Positions 30,430 through 40,566 of a DNA stretch of 64,000 bases are shown piece by piece. The position numbers were made by a program, and so were the translations under genes. The stretch lies in assembly GCA_963755125.1 (NCBI GenBank), contig CAVWIP010000008.1:32001-96000 (forward strand), in the 5' to 3' direction. This DNA comes from an uncultured delta proteobacterium (GTDB taxonomy: Bacteria; Myxococcota_A; Polyangia; Fen-1088). The notes beneath the pieces were generated by a model that worked only from the letters and a program-made list of their open reading frames with translations, searched no databases and was not told the DNA's origin. Every line of letters starts with the position of its first letter. The first letter of the stretch is position 1.

Positions 30430-31521
30430 ATGGCCAAAGCCAAAGTCGCCGTTCTCAAGTGCACGCCCGAAACCATCCTGAGCGACATCGAGCGCTTGTG
30501 TGGGCTCGCGGGAATGAAGCAGGCGCTGGCGGCGGGCAAAACCACCATTCTGAAGGACAACATCTCGTGGCACTACCCGTTCCCCGGCGCCAACACCACA
30601 CCCTGGCAGATGGAAGGCACCATCAAGGCCCTGCGTGCCGTCGGGTACGACGACATCACCTGCGTGCAGAACAAGACGGTGGTGACCAACGCCTTCAAGG
30701 GCGAGGATCTCAATCACTACGTGCCGCTTTTCCGGAAGTACGGCGTTCCGGTTCTCTACAACTTCAAGGAAAACGACATGCGCTGGGTCGAGTACAAGCC
30801 CACGGCGCGCATGCACGTCTTGCCGCGCATCTTTCCCGACGGGATTCGCATCCCCGACTACTTCCTGGGTAAGAACATCGTCCACCTGCCCACGGCCAAG
30901 TGCCACATTTACACCACGACCACCGGCGCGATGAAGAACGCCTTCGGTGGCCTCTTGGCCACGCACCGCCACTACACGCACAGCTGGATTCACCGCACCC
31001 TGGTGGATCTCTTGGCCATCCAGAAGGAAATTCACCCCGGCATCTTCGCGGTCATGGACTGCACCACCGCTGGCAACGGCCCGGGGCCGCGCACCATGAT
31101 CCCGGTGATCAAAAACTTCATGCTGGCCAGCGCGGATCAGGTCGCCATCGACGCGGTGTCAGCCAAGATGATGGGCTTTGACCCGCTATCTTTGGAATAC
31201 ATCAGCGTCGCGCACCAAGATGGACTGGGCGTGGGCGACCCGCGCGACATCGAAATCGTCGGCGACGACATCTCAAACGAGAGTTGGGGCTTCAAGGTGG
31301 GCGACAACCTGGCCAGCATGGCCGGCGACTTCATCTGGTTTGGGCCGCTCAAGGCCATCCAGAAGCTGTTCTTCCACACCCCGCTGGTCAACGTGTTCGT
31401 GGCTGCCAGTGAGGCTTACCACGACTACTACCGCTGGCCGGTCAAGGACAGGAAGACCTTCGAGAACTGGAAACGCGATACGCAATGGGGCCGCCTTTTC
31501 CAGACCTACGAGAACGTCTGA
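30430..31521 (+). CDS. DUF362 domain protein
   Basis: LKDNISWH, PGANTTPW, PTAKCH, TGAMKNAFG, DQVAIDA. Confidence 0.8.
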   Translation: MAKAKVAVLKCTPETILSDIERLCGLAGMKQALAAGKTTILKDNISWHYPFPGANTTPWQMEGTIKALRAVGYDDITCVQNKTVVTNAFKGEDLNHYVPLFRKYGVPVLYNFKENDMRWVEYKPTARMHVLPRIFPDGIRIPDYFLGKNIVHLPTAKCHIYTTTTGAMKNAFGGLLATHRHYTHSWIHRTLVDLLAIQKEIHPGIFAVMDCTTAGNGPGPRTMIPVIKNFMLASADQVAIDAVSAKMMGFDPLSLEYISVAHQDGLGVGDPRDIEIVGDDISNESWGFKVGDNLASMAGDFIWFGPLKAIQKLFFHTPLVNVFVAASEAYHDYYRWPVKDRKTFENWKRDTQWGRLFQTYENV

Positions 31522-31614
31522 ACGCAGTCTAGCGTGAGCGGCTGATCGAGACAGCGATCCGCGGCTGAAAACACAGATGGGAGAGGCGAGGACACGGAAC
31601 AGGCTTGCGGACGT

Positions 31615-32127
31615 TCAGCGGCGCCGCCAGGCCACGCCTTGCACGTCGCTGTCGTAGGGTGAGCCAGCGTCGATGCGCATGGGCGGAGCCGGGCCCAATC
31701 GAGTCGAGGGCGGCGCCAGCGCCTTGGCGATGGCTGGGCCGAGCCTCTTCCAGAATTCCTTCTTCAACACACGCGCCAGTTTCTCCCGGTAGGCCGCGAT
31801 TTCCCAGCGTCCCACCACCGAGCCGTCGATGCCCTGCCAGACCAGGAAAGTCATCGCCAGCCGCTTGCCCCGCTGCTCGATGTCGGCGACGACAAAGGCT
31901 TTCAGTTCGCGGTCGCGTGCAAGCTGGGGATACTGTCCGGTCCCGGACACGGCGGGGATGGAAGTCAGGACAGCGAAGCCGTGTTTGGCCACGATGCGCG
32001 CGACGTGATGGCGCACCGACCGGCTGTCTTGGTCGGGCCCGGAAAACGGCTGCACCGCCACGCGCGGAGCGGCCCAGGCCAGATGGGTCGCGAGACAGAC
32101 CATGGCGGCTGGCAAGAGACGCAGCAT
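31615..32127 (-). CDS. Secreted hypothetical protein
   Basis: ATG 32127, signal peptide ending AWA, then RVAVQPFSG (TolB-N/CsgG-like start). Confidence 0.6.
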   Translation of the reverse strand: MLRLLPAAMVCLATHLAWAAPRVAVQPFSGPDQDSRSVRHHVARIVAKHGFAVLTSIPAVSGTGQYPQLARDRELKAFVVADIEQRGKRLAMTFLVWQGIDGSVVGRWEIAAYREKLARVLKKEFWKRLGPAIAKALAPPSTRLGPAPPMRIDAGSPYDSDVQGVAWRRR

Positions 32128-32250
32128 GGCGCCTATGGTCGCCCAGGTTGGGGGTGGAAAGCAATTCCGGCGGCGGTAAGATTGGCCCGAAAGATGCTGT
32201 AGCAAAGGCTCATGTTCGGGTCGATCTTCCACACGCATCGGGGGTTCACC

Positions 32251-32670
32251 ATGAAAACCATTCGCCGCATCGCCTTCGTTCTGTTGGTTGCCGTGATGCC
32301 GGCCTGTGCCACGACGACCACCACTTCCTCCGAATGGGGCCAAGGCCCGGAATGGGTACGCTACGGCACCGTCACCAATGTTCGCGAGGTCATCCAGCGT
32401 CGCGAGGGCAACCCTGCGGGCGGCGCTCTCGCGGGAGCTATCATCGGCGGGATCCTGGGCGGTGGACGCGGCCCTGGCGCCCTGTTTGGCGCGGCGGGCG
32501 GCGCAGCGGTGGGCGCGGCAGCAAGCTCAGGCTCGTCTGAGCGAGTGAGCTACGAGGTGTGGGTCCGCTTCCAGGACGGCGGCTACCAGGCCTTCGTGTA
32601 CGCCGGGCCTCCGCCCTTCCGCCCCGGCGATCCCGTGGCGCTCACGCCACACGGGCTGTACCACGCGTGA
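32251..32670 (+). CDS. Glycine-zipper 2TM outer-membrane lipoprotein (SlyB-like)
   Basis: Lipobox MPAC; GGALAGAIIGGILG; YEVWVRFQDG; FRPGDPV. Confidence 0.85.
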   Translation: MKTIRRIAFVLLVAVMPACATTTTTSSEWGQGPEWVRYGTVTNVREVIQRREGNPAGGALAGAIIGGILGGGRGPGALFGAAGGAAVGAAASSGSSERVSYEVWVRFQDGGYQAFVYAGPPPFRPGDPVALTPHGLYHA

Positions 32671-32709
32671 AGAAAAGTCACGGCCCACGATCCAGCGATG
32701 GCCACAATC

Positions 32710-32749
32710 GGTCGTGGCCGTAGACGTAGACGTGGTCGTGGCCGTGGCC
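32710..32749 (-). repeat. Degenerate hexamer repeat (YACGDC)n, inverted relative to 30345
   Basis: GGTCGTGGCCGTAGACGTAGACGTGGTCGTGGCCGTGGCC. Confidence 0.65.
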
Positions 32750-32757
32750 AACGGCGA

Positions 32758-32832
32758 TTACGCCTGCGGCTCTTCCTCGACCAGCTTGATCTCGTCGTCG
32801 GTCAGGCCATACAGGCCGTAGACGAGACTGCC
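32758..32832 (-). pseudogene. C-terminal relic of type IIG/Eco57I-TaqI-like restriction-modification enzyme
   Basis: GSLVYGLYGLTDDEIKLVEEEPQA* matches the LVYxLYGLTxEEI terminal motif. Confidence 0.65.
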
Positions 32833-32854
32833 CAGGCCTTCGGAAACTCGCGCT

Positions 32855-33406
32855 TCATCCGTTCCGAAGTGTCGAAAGGACGGCCTGCTCCGTCAGATAG
32901 GGCACGACGCCCAACCAGGTGAAGAAGGTTTGTTGCGCCGGATCGAAGCCAGCGGCGGCCAGGCCGTCCGCCAAAATCTCTCGCTCGAAGTCGATCGGAA
33001 CGAAAGTGAGCGTGCCGGGCACCGAGATCGCCGCCTGGGCGAGCCGTTCGCGCTTCCAGGTTTGGGTCGTTGGGTGGTCCACTTCAAAGATGCGCAGGCT
33101 TTCCCCAAAAGTGGTGCGGTACGCATGCGTGTCGAGTCCCGCGCCAAGCACGACCAACTGGCAGACGCCGCGTGCGACGGCAGCCGTCAAGGTATCCTCG
33201 GCAAATCGCGTTCTTGTGGCAATGAACAGGCGCAGCTTTCGTCTCGACGGATCGTTCGCCGCATCGCGGACAGCCGTTTCGGCATCCGCTCCCGGGATGC
33301 GCACGGCCAGCGGATCTTTGAAGGTATGACCGCGCTCCAGCACCTGGTGGACGGCGCGATGGACAGCCGCCCCAAGGGCCGTACGGCTTGGCTGTCCTGG
33401 CTGCAT
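32855..33406 (-). pseudogene. LCM-family SAM-dependent methyltransferase, C-terminally truncated
   Basis: SRTA, DPLA, RTRFAED, QLVVLGAGLDT, FEVDHP, WLGVVPYL, then abrupt stop at 183 aa. Confidence 0.75.
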
Positions 33407-33426
33407 GCTCCCCGCCCAGTGCTTCC

Positions 33427-34431
33427 CTACTTCGCGAACACACCCTTGCCTAGCGCATTCTCCCGGATGAATCGAATCGTATCGAAGATGGTGTCGCTCG
33501 CCTCGCGCGGGGCAAAGCCGAGTTCGCTGCGGGCCTTGGTGCTGTCGAAATACCAGAAGTAGCTGGCCATATCGACACTGGCCGGCTCGATCGGGCTGCT
33601 GCGGCCAGCCGCCTTGAACACGGCCGATTGCACCTTGGCCGCCAGTACCGGCCAGCGGCCGTGCGCCTTGAACCGCGGGTGGTACTCCTTGCTCGTCCGT
33701 TCGATGCGGTCGAAGTACTCGGCGAAGGTCATGTTGTGGCCACCCAGCAAGTAGCGCTCGCCGGGACGGCCCTTGTCCATGGCCACCGGAATGATGGCCG
33801 CCACGTCGCGCGCGTCGACGAAGTTGATCCCGCCCGAGGGCACGAGCTTGACGTCGCCGGCGAGAAAGGACAGCACGTCGCGCGTGGATCCCATGCGCAC
33901 ATCCCCCGGGCCGAGCAGCAAGCTCGGGTTCACCGTGACCAGCTCGATGCGGTCCCCGCAGATCAGCCGCGCCGTCTGCTCCTGATACAGCTTGCTCGCG
34001 TAGTAGGGCCAGCCGGAAATCAACTCAAGCGGCGTGGGCGAGTCCTCGTCGGGCATCTCGTCGGCTCGCTTGGAAACCGCGATGGTGCCGCTGGTGGAAA
34101 CCATCAGGATGCGCTTGACCCCGGCGTGCAGCGCGGCCTCGCACAAAAGCCGCGTGCCGTGCACGTGAATCTGGAACATGCGGTGGCCATCCGCAGGCTT
34201 GCGCGAGACGAAGCCAGCCAAATGATACACGTGGGTCACGTCCTCCAGCGCGCGCGCCACATCGGCGGGCGTCAGGATCGACCCCACCTGGACCTCGACG
34301 CCGCGGCCGGAGAACTCCGGCGCCGGAGCCACGGCTAGCAAACGGAGCTGCTTGGGCTCGAACTGCTGGCACAGCCCTTCCAGCAAAGGCGATCCCAGAA
34401 AACCCGGGGCACCGGTGACCAGAATCTTCAT
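33427..34431 (-). CDS. elbE: NAD-dependent epimerase/dehydratase (ElbE-like)
   Basis: MKILVTGAPGFLG, YYASK, ATGA-coupled to the upstream multidomain gene. Confidence 0.8.
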   Translation of the reverse strand: MKILVTGAPGFLGSPLLEGLCQQFEPKQLRLLAVAPAPEFSGRGVEVQVGSILTPADVARALEDVTHVYHLAGFVSRKPADGHRMFQIHVHGTRLLCEAALHAGVKRILMVSTSGTIAVSKRADEMPDEDSPTPLELISGWPYYASKLYQEQTARLICGDRIELVTVNPSLLLGPGDVRMGSTRDVLSFLAGDVKLVPSGGINFVDARDVAAIIPVAMDKGRPGERYLLGGHNMTFAEYFDRIERTSKEYHPRFKAHGRWPVLAAKVQSAVFKAAGRSSPIEPASVDMASYFWYFDSTKARSELGFAPREASDTIFDTIRFIRENALGKGVFAK

Positions 34432-37400
34432 GGGCGTTCCCTGCTTTGGGCGACCACCTGCGGCTCGCCGTTGTCGGCCGGTCCCAAGCGAGTCACCAGC
34501 GGCCCCAGCTTCTCGCTGTTCCACGCCGCCCGCACGCTGGCCACGTCAAAACGCGTGGTCACGCCGTCGCGCAGGTTCTCGACGATCCTTTGGGTCAAAG
34601 CCGAGCAAAGACGCCAGGACTCCTTGTCGGACAAGCCAGCAATCAGCTCACGCAGGAACTCGATGTCCAGGAAGGGCCCGAAGTGGACCTCCAGATCGCG
34701 CTTCTTGGGAATGGTGGCGCCCACGGGCAGCGACTCGTGCGTGCCGCGAATATAGGCTGGCAGGATGCCCACCTCGGCGCGCAGGGCCAGGTAGCCCAGG
34801 CTGGGCAAAAAATCCGCCATCACGCCGCCGCGCGCCCGCGTGCCTTCCGGGAACAGCATCAAACTGCGACCGCGGCGAAGCACGCCCTCGGCGATGGCCA
34901 GCGATTTGCGCACCGAACCGCTCCGCTCCATGGGAACCAGATTGGTCAGGTTGGCAAAGTAGGCGCGGCGCCAGCGATTGGAGAAAAAATAGTCGGCCGC
35001 AGCCAGCGAGGCCAGGTCGCGTCCGGCATCGCCGAGGGCCACCTTCACCGCGCCCATGTCGAGGTGCGAGGAATGGTTGGCCGCCACGATGAAGTGGGTG
35101 TGCTGCGGGATGTGGGCTTGCCCCCGCACCTTGGTCTGCAAGGCCCGCGTGTAGAAGAGTTTCTGTGCAGTCGACAGTCCGCGTTTGCCCAGACGTTGCA
35201 GCGGAGCCGGCAGCCTGAGGTCGCCTTCCTGGTGGTGCTGGAAGGTGTCGCGCCGGCGCGGCTCGCGCCTTTCCAGGGCTGGATGGTGCCGCTTGCCCGT
35301 GGCCAGGTCGTACAGCGCGGCCACATCGGCCGCACCCGTGAACACCACGCCCTCGGGCAGGTGTACGCCCGCGGCTTCCAGCGCCGCGGTCAACTCGGTG
35401 AAGGTCAAGCTGTCGAAGCCGAGCTCGTCGACGCGGCTGTGCATGCGGATCTCGTAGGGCGCCTTGCCACAGGCGTTGGCCACGATCTCCAAGAACCAGC
35501 CCATGCCTGTTTCAGAGGCATGCGCCTCCTGGTTCTGCTGGCTGTCGCTCTTGCTCTTCTGGTGACGGCGGAGCAGCTCGTCGGCCACTTCGCGCCGCTT
35601 GATCTTGCGCGAGCTGGTGCGCGGCAGTTCCCCTTCCCAGAATTCCAGCGTGCGCACGCGCTTCCAGAAAGGCAATCCGGTGGCCACCTCACGAAAGTGC
35701 GCCTCGATCTTGGCCTGCACCTCGACCCGCGCTAGCCCCGGCTCGTGATCCAGGTTGGGCACCACCGCGCAGGCTACGTGCTCGGCCACGCCGTCGGGCA
35801 GACCGACCACCGACAGCTCCTTGATGAAGGGGCAGTTGCGGTAGAGATCCTCGACCTCGTCGGGATAGACGTTCTTGCCGTTGGTGTCGATGATGACGTC
35901 CTTGGAGCGGCCCACGATGAAGAGGTTCCCCTCCTCGTCGAATCTGCCCAAATCGCCGGTGTAGAACCAACCGTCGCGAATGGCTTGCGCCGTCGCCTCG
36001 GGGTTTTCCCAGTATCCAGCCATCACGTTGCGACCGCGCGCGATCACCTCGCCCACACCCGAGGCATCGGGGCTGTCGATCTTGACCTCGACGCCGGGCA
36101 GCGGCTGGCCCACCGACCCGAGCACCGGCTTCTTCTTGGGCGTGGTGACCGAGAGCACGGGCGCGGTCTCGGTCAGGCCGTAGCCCTCGAAAAAATCGAA
36201 GCCCATACCGTAGAAGGTCTTGAGCACCTCCGGTGGCAACGACGAACCGCCGCTGATCATGTAGCGTACGCGCCCGCCGAAGCCTTTGTGGATGGGGAAG
36301 AACACGAACATGCCCAGATCGATCCCGGTGCGCGAGCGTAGCTCGAAATTGGCCCGCGTCAGCGCGTTGACCAGGGATTCCGCCAGCGCAGAGCGATCGG
36401 AGAACTTCTGCAAAACCCGTCGGCGCAGCGCCTCCCACACCGCAGGCACGCCCACGATGGCGGTGATCTTGCCGGTCTTGAGCACGGCATTGATGGCGTC
36501 GCCAGTCAGCTCTTGCAAGTAGGTAATGCGCGCCCCGCGCGCGAGCGGGACCAGAAGCCCGGTCGAAAACTCGAAGGTGTGGTGCAAAGGCAGCACGGAG
36601 AGCATGCCGTCGGTGGGCCCCAGGTCGAAGGTGCGCAGAAGCTCGGACACCATGAAGGTGAAATTCCGATGGGTCAGCATCACGCCTTTAGGGTGCCCGG
36701 TGGTGCCCGAGGTGAAGATGAGCGAAGCCACGGTATCGGGTCCGTGCTTGCTGTGCAACGCGCGCTTGCGCTCGTCTTCGACGGCCAGCGGCTGCAGCGC
36801 GAACACCGTCTCGAAGGGCCACAGGCGCGTGGCTAGGCCTTCCTTGGAAAGAGCGGATGGAAGATCGGGACGTTTGTCCAGCAGATCGTCGCCGGCAATC
36901 ACCCCCACCGCGCCCGACGCGCGCGCGATGTTCACCAGTTCGGCCGTGGTCGAATCGTGCGCGACCGGCACCACCGTTGCGCCCGCCTTGAGCACGCCGA
37001 AGAACGCCATGGACCACTCGGGCGCGTTCTTGGCGTAGAGGATCACACGATCGCCGAGTCGAACATTTTCGCCCACCAAGAACGTGCCGGCGCGGGTGGC
37101 CAGTTCCTGCAGGTTCTCGTAGCTGTACGATTCCTGCCGCTTGCCGCGTTCCATGCGCAAGGCCACGCGCGTGGCGTGCAGCTTGGTGGTGGTGTCGAAC
37201 AGCTCCAGCAGGTCGTGGTAGGCGTACACGCTCTTGGGCTTGGCCGCGTAGGTCTCGTCCAACTCGGGCAAGACCCACTTCTGCAGCCCGGGGAAGTGGA
37301 TGTTCAGGAAGTAGTCGTACCAGTCGATGGTCTCAGGCGACCAGGGCAGAAGCGCGCGTTCCTCAGCGGGCAGCCGGTCGCGCAGGGCGCGGATGTGATC

Positions 37401-38918
37401 GGAACGCAGGACGTAGGCGTTGTCCAGAATGAAGGGGCGAAACAGATCGATGTTCTCGCCCGCCTCCTTGGTGACTCGCTGGACCTCGTCGACCTTCTTC
37501 TTCACCCGGTCGACCAGATCTCCGAAACGGCCGCCAGCCCAGCGCGGTCGCACGCGGTCCAGTGTCTCGGAGGCGCGCTCGGCCAGGCGGTTGACCAGGG
37601 GTAGCGACTTCTTGTCGTATTCCTCATACGTCACCGGCCGGAACTCCATGCGCGCGGCCAACTGGTTGAGGAACCTGTTGCCCACTTCCTTGTCCTGGAA
37701 GCGCTTGCGCTTGTACAGCCCGGTCAGCGTGGTCACCCGCCCGATGTACGAGGGGTTGAGATCGCCGGCGGCCAACTGGTGCACCAGCTCCGGCTCCTCC
37801 ACGCAGGCCTGCGCCGCCACCATCAACATGGCGGCCGCGATGTAGTCGACCGGCACCACGTCGAGGATGAGCGACTCGGACACCGGCAGCAGGTTCTGTC
37901 CCTTGAGCGCCAGGTACACCAGCGGCGCCGAGGTGGTGAACCCCTCGTTCCAGCCGCGGAACGGGTATTCCAGCGAGCTCTCCACGATGGCCGGCCGAAC
38001 TATCGAACGCGCGATGCCCGTCTCGCGCGCCACCAGTTGGTCGCCCATGCTCTTGGTGTAGGTGTAGATGTTGGGCCAGCCCCAATCCTTTGCGCGGGCG
38101 ACCCCTCGCTGGGTGAGCTCGGCGCGCACCCAGTCCTTGCGCTCGCGCGCCACGGCCAGTTTGAGCGCGGCCTCGTCGTCGGGATCGCGGTGCTGCTCCA
38201 GCAGCGTCTCGCGCGCGTGCTGGCGCAAGCGCGCGAGCACCTGCGCATCGTCGGCCTGGGCCCGCACCTCGGCCGCAATGCGACCGCAATCAGCGATCTC
38301 TTGCTCGACCGAGAAGCGCGTTCCCGTCAGTTCCTCGCGGCGCGGGAAATAACCGTCGAGCGGCTCGCTCTCCCACACGTTGCCGCTGCGGTTGCCGGCC
38401 ACGAAGCAGGTGCTGGTGTGAATCAGCGCCGGCCGCCGCATGCGCTTGACGAAGGCGATCACATTCTTGGTTCCCTGCACGTTGGTGCGCAGGGCCGATT
38501 CCAGCGGCGGGTTGAAGGTCACTTTGCCCGAACAGTTGATGACCACGCTGATATCGGCCGCCACCTGCGCCGCCTGCTCATCGGACAGACCCAGGTTGTC
38601 CTCGGTGATGTCGCCATCGATCACGCGAATCTTCTGAGCCAAGAACTCGTGCAGACGGTCCGCACCGCCGAACTTCTCGCGCAGGGGATCGAAGGTTCGC
38701 GAGGGCACCACATTGTCCCAGAAACGCTTCTCGCTGGAGGTGCCGCTTCCCCGCCGCACCATCACGTACACCCGGCCGATGTCTGCAAAGCGATGGAGCA
38801 ACATGCTCAGCAGCACTTTGCCGAGGAAGCCGGTGCTTCCCAGGATGAAGACGTTTCGCCCTCGGTAGATCTCGCTCGGCGAGAGCACGGACTTGGTCTT
38901 GCCCACAGGCGAATTCAT
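34428..38918 (-). CDS. elbD: ElbD-like multidomain enzyme: fatty acyl reductase + acyl-CoA/AMP ligase + ACP + acyltransferase
   Basis: GSTGFLG, YTYTKS (YxxxK), FTSGTTGHPKG, GYGLTE, YTGDLG, ELGFDSL, NHSSHLD, FPEGTR. Confidence 0.88.
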   Translation of the reverse strand: MNSPVGKTKSVLSPSEIYRGRNVFILGSTGFLGKVLLSMLLHRFADIGRVYVMVRRGSGTSSEKRFWDNVVPSRTFDPLREKFGGADRLHEFLAQKIRVIDGDITEDNLGLSDEQAAQVAADISVVINCSGKVTFNPPLESALRTNVQGTKNVIAFVKRMRRPALIHTSTCFVAGNRSGNVWESEPLDGYFPRREELTGTRFSVEQEIADCGRIAAEVRAQADDAQVLARLRQHARETLLEQHRDPDDEAALKLAVARERKDWVRAELTQRGVARAKDWGWPNIYTYTKSMGDQLVARETGIARSIVRPAIVESSLEYPFRGWNEGFTTSAPLVYLALKGQNLLPVSESLILDVVPVDYIAAAMLMVAAQACVEEPELVHQLAAGDLNPSYIGRVTTLTGLYKRKRFQDKEVGNRFLNQLAARMEFRPVTYEEYDKKSLPLVNRLAERASETLDRVRPRWAGGRFGDLVDRVKKKVDEVQRVTKEAGENIDLFRPFILDNAYVLRSDHIRALRDRLPAEERALLPWSPETIDWYDYFLNIHFPGLQKWVLPELDETYAAKPKSVYAYHDLLELFDTTTKLHATRVALRMERGKRQESYSYENLQELATRAGTFLVGENVRLGDRVILYAKNAPEWSMAFFGVLKAGATVVPVAHDSTTAELVNIARASGAVGVIAGDDLLDKRPDLPSALSKEGLATRLWPFETVFALQPLAVEDERKRALHSKHGPDTVASLIFTSGTTGHPKGVMLTHRNFTFMVSELLRTFDLGPTDGMLSVLPLHHTFEFSTGLLVPLARGARITYLQELTGDAINAVLKTGKITAIVGVPAVWEALRRRVLQKFSDRSALAESLVNALTRANFELRSRTGIDLGMFVFFPIHKGFGGRVRYMISGGSSLPPEVLKTFYGMGFDFFEGYGLTETAPVLSVTTPKKKPVLGSVGQPLPGVEVKIDSPDASGVGEVIARGRNVMAGYWENPEATAQAIRDGWFYTGDLGRFDEEGNLFIVGRSKDVIIDTNGKNVYPDEVEDLYRNCPFIKELSVVGLPDGVAEHVACAVVPNLDHEPGLARVEVQAKIEAHFREVATGLPFWKRVRTLEFWEGELPRTSSRKIKRREVADELLRRHQKSKSDSQQNQEAHASETGMGWFLEIVANACGKAPYEIRMHSRVDELGFDSLTFTELTAALEAAGVHLPEGVVFTGAADVAALYDLATGKRHHPALERREPRRRDTFQHHQEGDLRLPAPLQRLGKRGLSTAQKLFYTRALQTKVRGQAHIPQHTHFIVAANHSSHLDMGAVKVALGDAGRDLASLAAADYFFSNRWRRAYFANLTNLVPMERSGSVRKSLAIAEGVLRRGRSLMLFPEGTRARGGVMADFLPSLGYLALRAEVGILPAYIRGTHESLPVGATIPKKRDLEVHFGPFLDIEFLRELIAGLSDKESWRLCSALTQRIVENLRDGVTTRFDVASVRAAWNSEKLGPLVTRLGPADNGEPQVVAQSRERP

Positions 38919-38928
38919 CGGCGTGCGG

Positions 38929-40554
38929 CTACTCCACGTCGGCCATCACGATGGGTGGCCATTTCATCATGGTGATCGATGCCGACGGACCCACGAAGGA
39001 TCGCGCCATGGCAATGGCTTCGGTCAGCGATTCGGAGCGATCCCAGCCCATGATGGCAGGCACGTGCGCGTTCTTGGCGCCGGCCAGAATCACTTTGCCC
39101 GCGTGCTGGCGGCCGTTCTCGCCCCAGTACCACATGAAGAACGGGTGCGCACCGTGGTAGGCGTTGCCCCGCCGGTACATCTCGATGTAGCTCGGGTTGC
39201 GGGCGAATTCCTCTTCGTACTTGTGCTGCAACGTCGTCGCATCGCGCGTCTCGGGCAGCAGGCGGTGGAAGAACTCGATGTAGCTGGGATGGAAGGCGTG
39301 GTCGAATTCGTCGTAGCCCGGGTGACACAGGATCAGCGCCCCGCCCTTGCGCAAGACAGGCTTGCCTCGGTAGAAATTGTGGAAATAACCCAGCCCCATG
39401 ACCTGCAACAGGATGGGGTTGAGGATCGAATTTATGTTGTAGGGCGAGACATAGGGAATGGGGAAGATGACGATGTCGCTCTGCCCTTTCACCTTGACCA
39501 TGTACTGCTCGAAACCCTTGGCCACGATACGCTCGTGCACGGGATCGGCCTTGCCGGCGTGGCACGCGATCATCTGATAGGGTGACGGGATCTGCTCGAA
39601 CATCTTGCGCCGGGCAGTCTCGGGCAGCTTGGCCAGGGTCCAGCGCAATCCCTCGAACTTCAGGCGGTCGACCTCGCTGAACTCGTCCTCGTTCTCGCCC
39701 AAGAACTTGGTCGGGTTGGCGAACATCCGGTTGTTGATGGTGGTCTCGATGTGAAACACGTTCATGTGCTGGTCCACCAGGCGTCCCTGCCGGACGATTT
39801 TGGTGTTGAGCATGGAACGCGCCGGATCCATGTAACCGTCGCAAGCCAGGATGGTGTCCGGGCTGTGGTGCACGCGCACGCTCTCGTAGTCGCACAGGCC
39901 GACCGCCACCGACTTGTGCCCGCCATCCATGGGCACCAGGTTGATGTTCACATAGATGACCAGATCGCTTTCCACCGCGCGCCGGTTGATGTTGACCGGC
40001 TCGTTGTGGTCGGTCTTGCCCAGGGGAACCATGCCATCGGGATCTTCCGCGTCGTGGTTGTACAGGCGGTCAGGATGGAAGGCGTCGAAGATCTTCTTGC
40101 CCACCATGCGCTTGATCTCGGCATCGGTCATGCGCCGGTGCAGCGAGTTGGCCACGATTATGTGCACATCGTCCACGCCGTTGGCGTCGAGCAGATCGAG
40201 CACGATCTCCAGCACGATCTGCCGGATGTCGGGCGTGGTCATGGGCGGAAGCGGCAGACTGATGTCGTCCACCGCGATGGTCACGCGCATGCCAGGCGAA
40301 AGCTGGGCGTAGAGCGGATCGCTGTCGAGCGGATGGTTGAGCGCGTAGCGCACGGCTGCGCCCGGGTTGGCCAGGCCCTCGATGGGCGGCTTGGCGTAGA
40401 CCACGCGGGTGCCGATGGGCAAATCTTCGCTGAGCAGCTCGGTCCCCGAAAACACGATCCGCGGCGCGGAGTTGCTATCGATGTAGACGACCTGATCGTC
40501 TTCCTTGTGGCGGGGCACGGGGCCACGCAGCGGCTTGGCTTCGCGCTTGTTCAT
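38929..40554 (-). CDS. elbC: LarA/DUF2088-family protein (ElbC-like)
   Basis: [30 protein letters not shown]; position between HAD gene and elbD. Confidence 0.8.
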   Translation of the reverse strand: MNKREAKPLRGPVPRHKEDDQVVYIDSNSAPRIVFSGTELLSEDLPIGTRVVYAKPPIEGLANPGAAVRYALNHPLDSDPLYAQLSPGMRVTIAVDDISLPLPPMTTPDIRQIVLEIVLDLLDANGVDDVHIIVANSLHRRMTDAEIKRMVGKKIFDAFHPDRLYNHDAEDPDGMVPLGKTDHNEPVNINRRAVESDLVIYVNINLVPMDGGHKSVAVGLCDYESVRVHHSPDTILACDGYMDPARSMLNTKIVRQGRLVDQHMNVFHIETTINNRMFANPTKFLGENEDEFSEVDRLKFEGLRWTLAKLPETARRKMFEQIPSPYQMIACHAGKADPVHERIVAKGFEQYMVKVKGQSDIVIFPIPYVSPYNINSILNPILLQVMGLGYFHNFYRGKPVLRKGGALILCHPGYDEFDHAFHPSYIEFFHRLLPETRDATTLQHKYEEEFARNPSYIEMYRRGNAYHGAHPFFMWYWGENGRQHAGKVILAGAKNAHVPAIMGWDRSESLTEAIAMARSFVGPSASITMMKWPPIVMADVE

Positions 40555-40566
40555 CGGGGCCTCATG

